A stretch of 64,000 nucleotides of DNA, from assembly GCA_964247055.1 (NCBI GenBank), contig OZ176051.1, positions 10,788,001 to 10,852,000 of the forward strand, given 5' to 3'. The notes under the pieces were generated by a model that ran no database searches, was not told the origin of the DNA, and was given only the letters and a program-made list of their open reading frames with translations. This stretch comes from Paragordius varius. Lineage: Eukaryota > Animalia > Nematomorpha. Positions 13,801 through 25,681 of this stretch are shown here, in pieces; position 1 is the first letter of the stretch, and the number at the start of each line of letters is the position of its first letter. A program made the translations under genes and the position numbers.

Positions 13801-15421
13801 ATAACCTTGAACACTAATACTAACTAATATTTATATTTATTCCAATACCATGCGTTGATGTGACATGTAATGTTTTGCTTTCAAGCGTATGTGAATGAAC
13901 AGTCCCTGTTGAATGTGAAACGGTAATCTTTTTAGAGCTGTTATTTGTTTTAGCAACATTTTCTGTGGTTTTACCAAGAGTTCCAGAGTTAGAAACGTGA
14001 GCCATGCTTTTACTTTTTGTGTCATGACCTCCAGATCCATTATTTTTGGCATTTAAGTATTGTTGAGAAACGTTGGGAACATCAAGTGGTTTTGGACTAG
14101 GAGCACGTAAAGGTAATCGGCTAAACAATAATAATTGATATTAATATTTGCAGCTAAAACTATACCGTAAATGACATCGGGCAAACTAAGATAACATAAA
14201 AAGCCGGTTAAATTTACAGCAAATCTACTCTGCAAAGGGTTTTTCACAGGAGTGCAAGAAAATAAAAAACCTTGTTATAATAATAACACCATAGACAAGA
14301 GTCTTGGTTAAAAGTCGTTAAATCAAATATGATTTACGGTCAACTTCTTTTATGAATGGAATATTGTTTGGGACCCTCCTTTGAACTCATTTTATTCAAA
14401 TTCTTATTATTATATTTTTGTGTGCTTATGAATAAAGTATAAAAAACTTCAATTATCCAAATAATATTTCATTCTTAATTACTCGAATTGTCGGATAAAC
14501 ATTTTGAATTCATTAATAGTTAATGTATTTTGAATTCCAAAGTACATTATATATTAATTAATTTCAAAACCCGATATTTTTTATTATGCCAAAGAGTTTG
14601 TAATATATTAGCTCCTAGATAGAGATGGGAAGGTTTATATTAGTATTTTAATATCTTATTCAAAAAATATGACCGATATCCGAAGCAAAAATAAATTGAT
14701 AATTCGAACTATTTAGAAACTTAGTTATATGGTATCCAAACCAAAAGCTTTTCGACATTCATAATTATTCATTTATGCATTGAATTTCAGTTTATAGTAT
14801 TATAAAATATTATTAACGCTTTTATAAGTGGTCATATGTAGGATTGGAAAAAAGTATCCAAGGCATTCAATAATTCATATATTCATAATAAATTTTATTT
14901 TGTGCGCTAAGTAAAACAAAAATAGGACTTGCATCAAAAATTTTCCACTGTAACAAATTAATGGTTTTGAGAAAAGATTATTCTAATAGACAAACAAACC
15001 TTTTTATTACACTCAATTCGACAGGTGTTAATATTGTTTCAACATTAGTTTTTTCGCTATCCAATAGGGTTGTATTTAGCTCGGTATAGGTATGGGGAGC
15101 AAGGGAATATAATCCATCACGCCCTGTGTAAACACCCACACTATTCATTAAAGTTTTAAGCTTTTGATTCAAAAGTTCTGTCCGATTATTTGGATCGAGA
15201 GCGGCATTTAAATGTTCATCTAAAGGCAAACAGAAATTTTTACTTTCAAACAAATTTTGGAATGTAATTAATAATAAAAAATTTAAAATAAAACCAAAAA
15301 AGTTAAGGACCCTGAAAGAAGTATATTATAAAAAAAACTAACCTGCTTGAATTCGTGATAAAAGTTCTGATTTTCGATGTGGCCTTAATGCCAACAAGTG
15401 AATAATCATTGTCCTATTAAA

Positions 15422-15458
<37 letters not shown>

Positions 15459-17778
15459 TAATATATTAAAATACGAATAAATAAATATTTTAGAACTAAT
15501 GCGTAATTATTAATAATTACGGATATAGCATAAACATAAAGGGAGCGCCTAACTCATATAGCACTGCGAGCTGCATTTAAATATACAGGGGCATACATAA
15601 TTAATTTATTAGGATTTGAATAGACTATAAAATACAAACACTATTATAAGACATTTTTCAAGTTCATGCCAGGATAGATTTATTTGAAAAAAAAATGTTT
15701 GAGTAATATCAATTATACTGAGATTTCGTGATTATACTTTCGTAAATGTGGACTTTACAGGCCATGTGTTAAACACCGCTGTTTTAAATTACCAAAAATA
15801 AGAATAAATAATGTGTAATGTTTAAAAGTTGTACCTTATAAAAAATTACTTAAGTACAATAAATATAATAGGCTTACAGAATCGTATATAATTTTACCTA
15901 ATTTGGGAAATTAAATGCTTATCATAATCATCATTATCATGGTTAATTTTGTTACTTTTGTGGGTGGGACTTTCAATCTAAAGAGTAATTAATTACATTG
16001 TATAAAATAGATGGATGTAATATTTAAATTTTTTTATCAAATTTACCTTTTTCTTAGCCCCTTTAAATTTTTGCTTCGACTACACATATCATATAAAAAT
16101 GGTGTATAAATATTTTGTAATTTGATAAAAAATATAGCTTTCTAAGGTTAGTTCCAGTTTCTATAATCATTTTTTGCCTCAGTGCGGTTCTATATATTTA
16201 TGATATCAGTTAAAAATCTTTCAACAAAAAAAGTTAAATTTAGTTTCACCATTATTGTTTTTTGGTTAACTTGGGTTTCGTTTAAATATATTACAGATAC
16301 CAAATTATTTTGGCTATCTAATTAAAAGTATATCCTCTTATTATTTTTTAAAAAAAGATAAAAAAGATAAATAAAATAATTTAAAATAGGTTATCATTGC
16401 TAAAAAATAAAAATGTTTTAAAAACAGTTTAAAAAGCTTTTTAACATATCTTTGGTTTATAGAAACTTCAATTTTAATTTCTGGACATATCCAAAAAACT
16501 TTTTGCTAATAAATTATACTTTTTGCTGAAATCAGGAAATAACTATATATTATGAACGATGATGAAACCTTTAATGGGTCAAAAAATATAAAAATTATGC
16601 TATATTACACTGTAAAATCTACGCAAAATATAATCTAGGAAATAATATATATATATATATCTACATTTTTCTTCAAAACAAAGATATCGAAAGTTTAGGA
16701 TTTAAAAATTAATATTTTAAAATGTATAAAATAATATATCTATTAGCTAATATATAGACCACCATGAATAAATAATATTATTAACAATTTTCTTCTTTTA
16801 ATCCTAAATATTTAAATCATTGCAAACTACTAAAACTCACAATTTTAAACAAAAAAATATTGCCAACACAACCTAAAATCTATTGATAACCAGTAAAAGG
16901 ATGATAAAAAATAAAAAGTACAGTCACCTCATCCAATTCCATATCTACGTTTTCAGATGGTTGTTCACCAACAATTACTCTATTCTTTCCATTAATATCA
17001 ACAGTTTTAGTAATTTTACATTTTTCTTGGGATTTTACTAAGCTGACAGATTTCGTCGATACAATTTCCATGTTTGTATTTTGCATAGTTTCAAAGGGAT
17101 TGTTGTCAAAAAACATATTTTGTTCGTTAACGGTAGAGGAATTTGATGAGACAGGAATAGGCTTAAAAAGTGCTTCATTTTTACGGAATATAGCAGTTTC
17201 TGATCGTTGTTCATCGGCTTTTCTAACATGCAGACTATTTTTTGTAGTATGGTTTGATATAAAATTTTTAGCATCATTATTTTTGTGATTCGTGGAGGAA
17301 ACTATTGTACAAACAAAAAAAAGGCTTAAAAACCGATAAATCCAACCCAATCAATATAAAATAAAGGTAATACCATGCTGTTTAGGTAGGGAACCAACTA
17401 ATTTGGATTTGGAATTATTGTTGTTGTTAGGAATACTTTTAACAGATAACATTGATGAGGCAGACATTGAACCTGATTTAAAAACTCAATTAACTAAAAA
17501 AGTATTAAAAGTACCTTATAATATATAATTTTTTACAGAGAAAAATATACAAATAAATTTATACAAGATTTTTTTGCACTTAAAGTACATGCAAATGTAT
17601 ACTTTTTTTAAAACAAAATAATAATTATATATTAATTATATTCGTGTGCGTACAAAGTTATATATATATATATATGATTGTGTGACCTAGTGTGACAGAA
17701 AATTGAGAAAAAGTGGAATACACATGTAACATACATTTAATTCCCGATATATTATTATACATAAGGTACAAATAAGTA

Positions 17779-17844
<66 letters not shown>

Positions 17845-20800
17845 AAGACAAATAAACTTAGCTAGATAAAGTTTGGACCTAAAATTCCAAGCGACAAAAC
17901 GGCTTATATAATCATAGAATAGTAAGAATTAAACTATGCTTAATTTTTCGAATGGAATAAATAAGCTTAATATATAAAACCACTAAAATATTACAATCAT
18001 AGTATTACTTATATAAAAAATATATGCGAATACTTTATATTTTTGAAATTTTTAAACTTTTTTGTCGCTTTTTAATTTACGCCAATTTTCATATAAACCT
18101 AACTACCCTATATACCAGGGGTGGCCAACGAGGTGACCGCGGTCACTTTCGTGACCGCGACAACTCAAAAAGTGACCGCCTGAAAATATTTTTTTTAAAA
18201 AATTTTATTGATTTTTTTCGGATAGTTGACTACTTCTGAGCGAATTTAAATTTAAAATACAAAAAAATACGGTTTAAATTAAAAAAAAACGTCTAAGATT
18301 AGGGTGTAAAAAAATTATTTTATTAATTATAATTCATATGTTTTGGAGCATTTGCATTAAAACTTAAAATCAGTCATTTCCCTTGAATATCAAAACTTTG
18401 AGCAAAGCTTATTCATAAATCAGAAGCATAATCGTGAAGTTAGATTTAATTTGATACACCAAAAGTAGGTTTTTTAAACTTATATTTTAGAATGAGCTAA
18501 AAAAAGTTGTACAGATACAAGAAAGATTGGGAGCATGAATACTTTTTTATTATGATAAATGAAACATGCACCTGTCTAATATGCAATAGTACTGTTGCTT
18601 TGCCTAAAAAGTCAAATATTGAAAGACATTATAGATCTCTGCATCCACATTACTCCAAAAACTACCCCTTACAAACTCAAGAACGCAACATTAAAGTAAA
18701 GGAATTAAAAGAACAATTATCCGCCTCACAAAATAGCATACTTAAATACAACAAAGACTATAAAAATGCTACGATTGCTTTATTCAAGGTAGCGGAAATA
18801 CTCATTCGGAACAATAAGCCATTCCAAGATGGTGAAATATTTAAAGAAGCCTTTATTAGCGCTTGTGATATTTTATTTGAAAATTTTGATAACAAAAATA
18901 ATATTATGACAGTTATTAAAAGCATAAGTTATCGAAAAATACCGTTATGCGCAGGGCTGAAGATATTAGTAATAATCTTGATGAAATTTTACATGAAAAT
19001 ATTAATAACTGTATTTTTTTTCCTTGCAACTCGATGAGTCCACCGATTATGTTGGAATCGCCCAATTATGCATTTTTATTCGTATGATATTTAGTGATTT
19101 ATCTGCAAAGGAGGAATTATTAACTATAATACCTCTCCACGAACGAACCAGAGGGCAGGATATTTTTGATTCTTTTTATAAATTTATCACAGATACGAAA
19201 CTTCCCATCGTAAAACTCGCATCTATAACTACTGATGGAGCTACAGCTATGATTGGCGTTAACAACGGCTTTATCGCTTTATGTAAAAATCACAGTGCAT
19301 TTCCCAAGTTCATTGATTACCATTGTATAATCCATAATCAAGTTTTATGTTCAAAAGTTTTAAAATACCATCATGTAATGAACCCCTGTTTTAAAATTGT
19401 TAACGCCATTCGAACAAAAAGCTTGTCCCGCCGCCAATTTCGAATTTTGTTAAATGAGTGCGGCGTGGAATATGGAGAACTTTTATTACATACTGATGTA
19501 AGGTGGTTGAGTCGTGCCGCATTTTTAATTAGATTTAGGCAACTTTTACCTCAAATAGAAATTTTTTTAGAGAATTCTAAATTTTCATACCCTGAATTGA
19601 AAGATCAAGATTGGCTGCTTGATCTTGCATTTTTATGCGATATCACGGAAAAATTGCATAAATTAAACATCCAATTACAAGGAAAAGATAAAACAATAAT
19701 GGATATGATGGGTGCTTTAAAATCTTTTAAGGAAACACTAACAGTAGTAGAAACACAATTAAAAAACCGAGATTTAAAACATTTTTTTAATCTGGCAGCG
19801 GTGTCTGAAAAAATAGAGAATTTCTCTTTTGAAAAATATGCAGATGATATTGGTCTGCTTATTAATGATTTTGAAAAACGATTTTCATCTATAAATAAAC
19901 TTGAAGACATCTCTATTTTTTTATCAGGCCCATTTAATAATAATAATAATGTTGAATATATTGCTCAAAAACTCAGCCACTTTCTTGGTGTACCAAATTT
20001 AGCAGAGTTGGAAGAGGAATTAATAAATGTTAAATGCGATATCCATCTAAAATCATTAGGATCAGATATATATAAATTTATAAATAAAGATAAATACCCC
20101 CATATTTGGAAAACCGCTGCATTATTCAATTCTTTTTTTGGATCCACATATTTATGTGAATCGGCTTTTTCAATTATGAATGCTATCAAAACTAAACAGA
20201 GGTCACAATTAATTAATAAACATTTAGAATCATGTTTGAGAATTGCTTTGACTTCATTTGAACCTAATTTAGACAAACTTTCTGAATTTTTTCGCAGTCG
20301 GGCGTTTTAAATATTTTTTTTATTAAATATGGATGTTTATCGAGTTGTATTTTCGCTTAGGAAAAAGCCGATTTACTAAAAAATATGTGGATAGAATTAA
20401 AACTGATACAATTTTAATGTACTCTTATTTATGTTCAAATTATGGTTCTAAATTGGAATGCTATTTTTTATTTCTTTTATTTTTTGTATCATAATGTATT
20501 CTCCCCTGTAATTTCAAATGCATTGTTTAAATTTTTATATTGTAAAATTTCATATAATAGAAATTTAATAAATAAATAAAGTGTTTTATGTTGGTTTAAG
20601 GTAGTTAATAACCCGTTGTCTTTTAATTAAAATTATTTTTGTATTTGGTTGATAGATAAAAAAATTACAATTTTAAAATGGTTTAAACAAGTCACTCTAA
20701 TCTGTAAAGCAGGTATATACATCATTTAAAGTGTTGATTGAGTTTTTTTGATAAATATTTCTGGGTGACCGCGAACTCTTTTTTTAACAAAAAAGCCAAA

Positions 20801-23800
20801 AAAAAGCTCGCGACAAAAAAAGTGTGGCCACCCCTGCTATATACCAACAGATTTCAGTTATTTTGCATCTGCTTGAATTATATGAGATCTGAGATCCGTA
20901 TCTATAAAATAATTTCTGATGGGTAAAATGAGACCCCAACGATGATATGATAGTATATTGATAAAAAGGCGTTATATTTGGTTGATTTAATTGTGGATAT
21001 AGATGGCTAATTTAGGATAGATACCATTTACAGTTCAAATTCACCCTTAACAATTCATATTTACCCTTGAACAATTCAAATTCGCCCTCGATCACTTTAA
21101 CCTTAAAAAAAAAATATGTGTTTTTTAGAAATACCTATATTTTTTATGTTTAAACATAAAGAAATTACGTTTAAAATTAATATAATACTGAAAAATAATA
21201 AACCATGTAAGATATATATCTTAATACTGAGTTATTTAGGCCGAAAACACATAATTTACTTTAGGGTGAATTTTAATTGTTAGAAAGCGAATTTTATTTG
21301 TTCGAAAGCGAATTTGACTTGTTCGAAGGCTAATTTAAATTGTAAATGGTATATATACATGAAAAATAAGGTAGTGGTTATGTAATTATTGACTGTATTC
21401 TGATATTATAGTCATTCTATTTTTTCTTGATTTACTCATAGTAAACAATTATAAAATAAGATTTAGTTATTTAGCTATCTCTAATTAAATTATATATTTA
21501 TTTTAGTATAAATGGTTCACTATAACGTTAACATGAAATTAAACGGTGAAATTTTATGATAAAATATAATTAGGATTACTTTGAGGTTAAGGGATGTAAA
21601 ATAAAAAAATGATAAGCTATATAATTAGCTTATTTAAATGATAATTTATTAAACAAAGATTACGACAAAAAATTCTGATTATTTTAAGTGTGTCAAACAA
21701 CCATCTTATATTAAAGTAAAAACTCTTTTATAACTTAATAACCATTTACACCTCAAATTCACCCTCTAACAATTCAAATTCTCCCTTGAACAATATTCAC
21801 CTTAAAAATGAATTGTGTTTTCGGGCTTATTTAACTTATTATTATGAATTATTTCTTTATGGTATAATCTATTATTTTTGTTAGTATTATGTTTTTAGCA
21901 AACGAAATTTTTCATTAATATATAAAAATAACATAGGTAATTTTCAATATTTTGAAACATTTAATTTATTTTAGTGTAAATAATTCAAATTGTCTAAGAG
22001 TGAATTCGAGCTGTAAATAATAGAATTTAAATTATTTATGGAGAGTAAATAAAAAAACACAAATGTATAATATAATTCGAGCTACCTTTACTAATTTGAC
22101 CACTTGAGGCTAATAACTTGGAGGTAGAATGGAGTAGGTTTGAGCCAGTTTTATTTTTTATCGTTCGATTAAACTTTATTTCTTTGACCCTTAAATTTAT
22201 AAAAAATAAATAAACAATTAAAATTTAAATTGAGATGTTATCCCATTTAGGTAACTAATTCTATGATTTTAAATTGGATTAATAGGATAAATTTAAAAAA
22301 AAGTTATTTTCGCCAATCAAAACAGGTCATCGTCCATATTAAAAATATAATCTTGGCTTGTTAATAATCTATTTTAATTTAGCGAATATTGTTGATTATG
22401 GTTAAATAACAAAATTTTTAATTCATTGATATAAAAATATATTAATATTTCTACTAAAATTTTTGAGGTATTATTTTTTGAAACATTTAAATCAATTATT
22501 TAATTAAAATAAAAAATAATAGTAAAAATAAGAAAGAAATATCTAGAGGATTGATATGCATATTAAGAAATCTAATAAATATTATTGGAAATATATTTTC
22601 ATTTATTAAAAAATAATGAGCAGAGTCACAAAATATGTTTACACAAAATTATAATTAATATGATAACAATGATAGATAACTTAAATTTAATGTAAAAAGA
22701 TATTTCATTTTTTCAATTATTCATTAATTGTTTTAAATATTTTATTGATACTCTACATACCATTTTGATTGTTTGTTTAATAATATATATCAATCATTTA
22801 ATGAATAATTGTAAATATAAATAACCGCAATTACTATATTTTAAACGGCCTAAAACCCAAACTATTCAATCATACATACAGTTTTAACTTTATATATAAT
22901 CCATGCATTAAAAAAGGGACTTTTTTAAAATGCCCATGTTGGATAGGTAGAATATATATGTATATTTATTAATAAATATACCATTTACAATTCAATTCAC
23001 CATTTCAATTTGACCCTCGAACAATTCAAATTCACCCTAAAAATAATTTGTGTTTTCGAACTACTGATTAATATAAAATATATCTTTATATTATTATTTT
23101 TTCAGTATTATTTTAATTTAAAAACAAAATTTTAATTTTTTAAAAATATATATAAAAATATAGGTAATTTTTATCTTAAAAAATATATATTTTATTTAAG
23201 GGTGAATTTAAATTGCTCGAGGGTGAGTTTGAATTATTCGAGCGTGAATCTAAAGTGGTTAAGGGTGATTTTAAAGTGTTTAAGGGTAAATTTGAATTGT
23301 AAATTGTATCATAGTTATAAAAACTGGCCAATATATGTACGTTTTGACAAATTTTCATTAATACTAAACTGTTGGTACGGATTAACTAAACCAGGGGCGG
23401 CAACTTTTTTAAACGGGTCATTTTGAAAAAAAAATTCAGTTCCTAAACATATATTAAAATGTAACTGGATGATGGCATTTATATCATTCTTAAATATATA
23501 ATTTTAAACTTTATTTTTACAAAATTATTTAAAAAAATTTCTATTGTTAAAAAATATACAATTTCAGCGTTTAAATAATTATTAAAAAAGTTATTATATT
23601 GTGGTAATTTTCATAAATAACCGGAATGATTCAACAATTCTTCTAATTTTCTTAAATAAATTAACATATAAAGATTAGATCCGAGATATTTTTGAAATTA
23701 TTTATAAAAAATGATTTAATATAGCATATCCATCAATTCAAAAAAATAGAAATACACATTATTTACCTATATAATATCCTTCAATGTTCATAGGAAACCA

Positions 23801-25666
23801 AAATTCAGGTAGTTTTTGAATATATTATATGTATAAATAAACACATCGGAACTCATAAACGTTAACAATAATAATAGCACGCAGATAAAGACTTATTCGT
23901 TGCTACGAGAAAATCAATGACAATATTTCACAAAGAAGTGCCATGATATTAAACTATCAACAAAATTTACACTTAGTAATTCATCAATCTTCCCGGCAAA
24001 GATATATGGAGAAAGCTGATCCATAAAAAGGGACGAGCGTTTGATAAACGGATATGGTGCTGGTGGATAGCTTTGCGGCGAAACAAAATAAAACCCAGAA
24101 TCGCTTTAACCGGGCATGGTTTTAAATTAAAATTGTCGCATTTTGGACACACCGTTGGGGCAAGAAATTTGAATATAAAATGATAGGTAAAGTGGAAGAA
24201 AAGAAAGTGCCATATTGCGTTAGCAGTAAATTTAAACACGGACTTTTCATTAAAATCTTAGATCCCTTACTCAGAACAAAGAAGATTGGCGCATAAGGAA
24301 AAGGCTACCTATAAATTTACTCAAGTTTATTGCCAAAAATAGCGTTAACGTTTCTGGTGGACATTTATCAAGGAACAATTAATTACGAGCTATTTTTGGA
24401 TATATATTCTCCTTTTGCTACTTTACCATTATTTTTAAAAACGCATTTCTTGTTTTTTATTTTTAGAGATGATTATGTGTGTCCCCGGAGGGCCGCGCGT
24501 TACCAACCCCTGAACATTAAACTCTTTAAGTCGTAATTAAACAGTATTTTTGGCATAGAGATATTAAAAAAATTATATGCATAATTTGATAAAATATATA
24601 AAATATTAGATCAAAAGGGAATAAAAAGAAAAGTCTAACCTAATCTGTTTATTTTTTTCTTCTGCTAAAGCCATTTTTTGTTTTGTTGCTTGATAGATAT
24701 CGTCAGTGGCTGAGATAATTAGTTTTTGTTTTATGCGACCCATCGAGGCAAAATTTCTATATATATACATATATTTTAAAGTACGCCTGATAGGCAATAT
24801 TTAAATATAAAGCCCTAATTAATACATGCTGATAATCATGCACAATTCCAATTTTCAAATGATAACATACTAGTTTTCAATAAACAATTGTTAAAAGTTG
24901 ACAACACTATTCCAAAAACTTACAATGTGGATATCATTAGCTTCAAAAATAAAATTATATTGTTTACTTATTTTTTTATTAAAATATTATCAATTTTATT
25001 TAATTTCATTTAATATTAGATTTAATATAAAAAAATAATTTTTATTTCATAAATGTAAAATATCATAAAACATGATATAAATTTGGTAAAAACGGATATT
25101 TTATTAATAGTATTGCATAGGTATAAATTTTTAAGGAAACATTTTTTAAGCGTGATTATATGTATAAAAATCAAATCTTTATACTTAATAAAATTATTTA
25201 ACTGAAGTTCAATGAGAGTGCATACCATAGTTATAAGTCCTGAAGCCACACAAAAAAATACTTTAATTTACCATTACAAAATTGACTAATTTTTTCTGTT
25301 ACAATCAATATAAAGATAATCGACATGTAGCTAATTTTGTTGTCATATATATATATATATAAAATATTACACAGAATCAAATTTGACACATTCCAAACCA
25401 CCTTCTCCTGCAATATCTTGAACAGTAAATGACAACTTTATATCCTCATTCGAATTGTTCAAAATAAAGCATCCATTATTTTCAGGATCTTGAAACTGGA
25501 CGCTTAATTGTGGTGTATCAATCTAAATCATTATTAATTCCAAATAAACTTGAATGTTACAGCTTTTATCAAATAATTTTTGAGAATAATCGGTAAGTTT
25601 GACCAGATAAAATGATTTATTTTTGTGTTTTTCATATTTGGGTTTGAGGTCGAACTCACCTAACAT
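10807..25666 (-). CDS. ELL: RNA polymerase II elongation factor ELL, 14 exons, ~794 aa
   Basis: Exons 25666-25550, 25522-25371, 24756-24640, 22189-22086, 17472-17374, 17301-16928, 15977-15898, 15413-15343, 15219-15000, 14120-13849, 13668-13387, 12642-12486, 11410-11242, 10977-10807; all phases are consistent. Motifs FYLVKLTD, ISATDDIYQATKQKMALAEE, IIHLLALRPHRKSELL and the C-terminal occludin-homology YLHKKLAHIQSLIDNYDQ match ELL. Confidence 0.88.
11441..11874. mobile_element. Foldback MITE (CCATTTAC family) with 21-bp tandem-repeat TIRs, copy 1
   Basis: Begins TATA|CCATTTACAGTTCAAATTCACCC and ends GGGTGAATTTGAACTGTAAATGG. Arms consist of TTGAACAATTCAAATTCACCC units (~4 left, ~7 right) around an AT-rich core of ~175 bp. 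Confidence 0.85.
11881..12167. mobile_element. Foldback MITE (CCATTTAC family), copy 2, abutting copy 1
   Basis: Starts 6 nt (CATATA) after copy 1 with CCATTTACAGTTCAAATTCACCC, has the same core, and ends AAATGG|TATA. Confidence 0.8.
17783..17841. repeat. (TA)n microsatellite
   Basis: Uninterrupted TA run. Similar runs occur near 15428, 37546, 48470 and 54036. Confidence 0.95.
18116..20836 (+). mobile_element. Full-length hAT DNA transposon (SPIN/Charlie, GTF2IRD2-like)
   Basis: TIRs CAGGGGTGGCCA / TGGCCACCCCTG. Perfect 8-bp TSD CTATATAC at 18108-18115 and 20837-20844. Subterminal GTGACCGC repeats. Lies in ELL intron 4, antisense to ELL. Confidence 0.95.
18492..20310 (+). pseudogene. hAT transposase with two lesions
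   Basis: ATG AGC TAA at 18492-18500 (stop at codon 3) and a 1-nt frameshift near 18927 join the two track ORFs (LSKNTVMRRAEDI...QLDESTD). Catalytic motifs LDESTD, TTDGA, HCIIH, VRWLSR and STYLCESAFS are present. Confidence 0.9.
21024..21349. mobile_element. Foldback MITE (CCATTTAC family), copy 3
   Basis: ATA|CCATTTACAGTTCAAATTCACCC ... TGTAAATGG|TATA, with the same core as copies 1 and 2. Confidence 0.8.
21742..22018. mobile_element. Foldback MITE (CCATTTAC family), degenerate copy 4
   Basis: CCATTTACACCTCAAATTCACCC left arm; GTGAATTCGAGCTGTAAAT right arm. Confidence 0.65.
22981..23306. mobile_element. Foldback MITE (CCATTTAC family), copy 5, core in reverse orientation
   Basis: TATA|CCATTTACAATTCAATTCACC ... 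GGGTAAATTTGAATTGTAAATTG; 21-bp units in both arms. Confidence 0.75.
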
Positions 25667-25681
25667 TTCACATGCGTTGCA

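Noticed and set aside
15220-15342. Alternative 31-nt ELL intron (15312-15342) followed by a micro-exon
   Set aside because: It leads into low-complexity sequence and a stop; the 123-nt intron preserves ELL homology.
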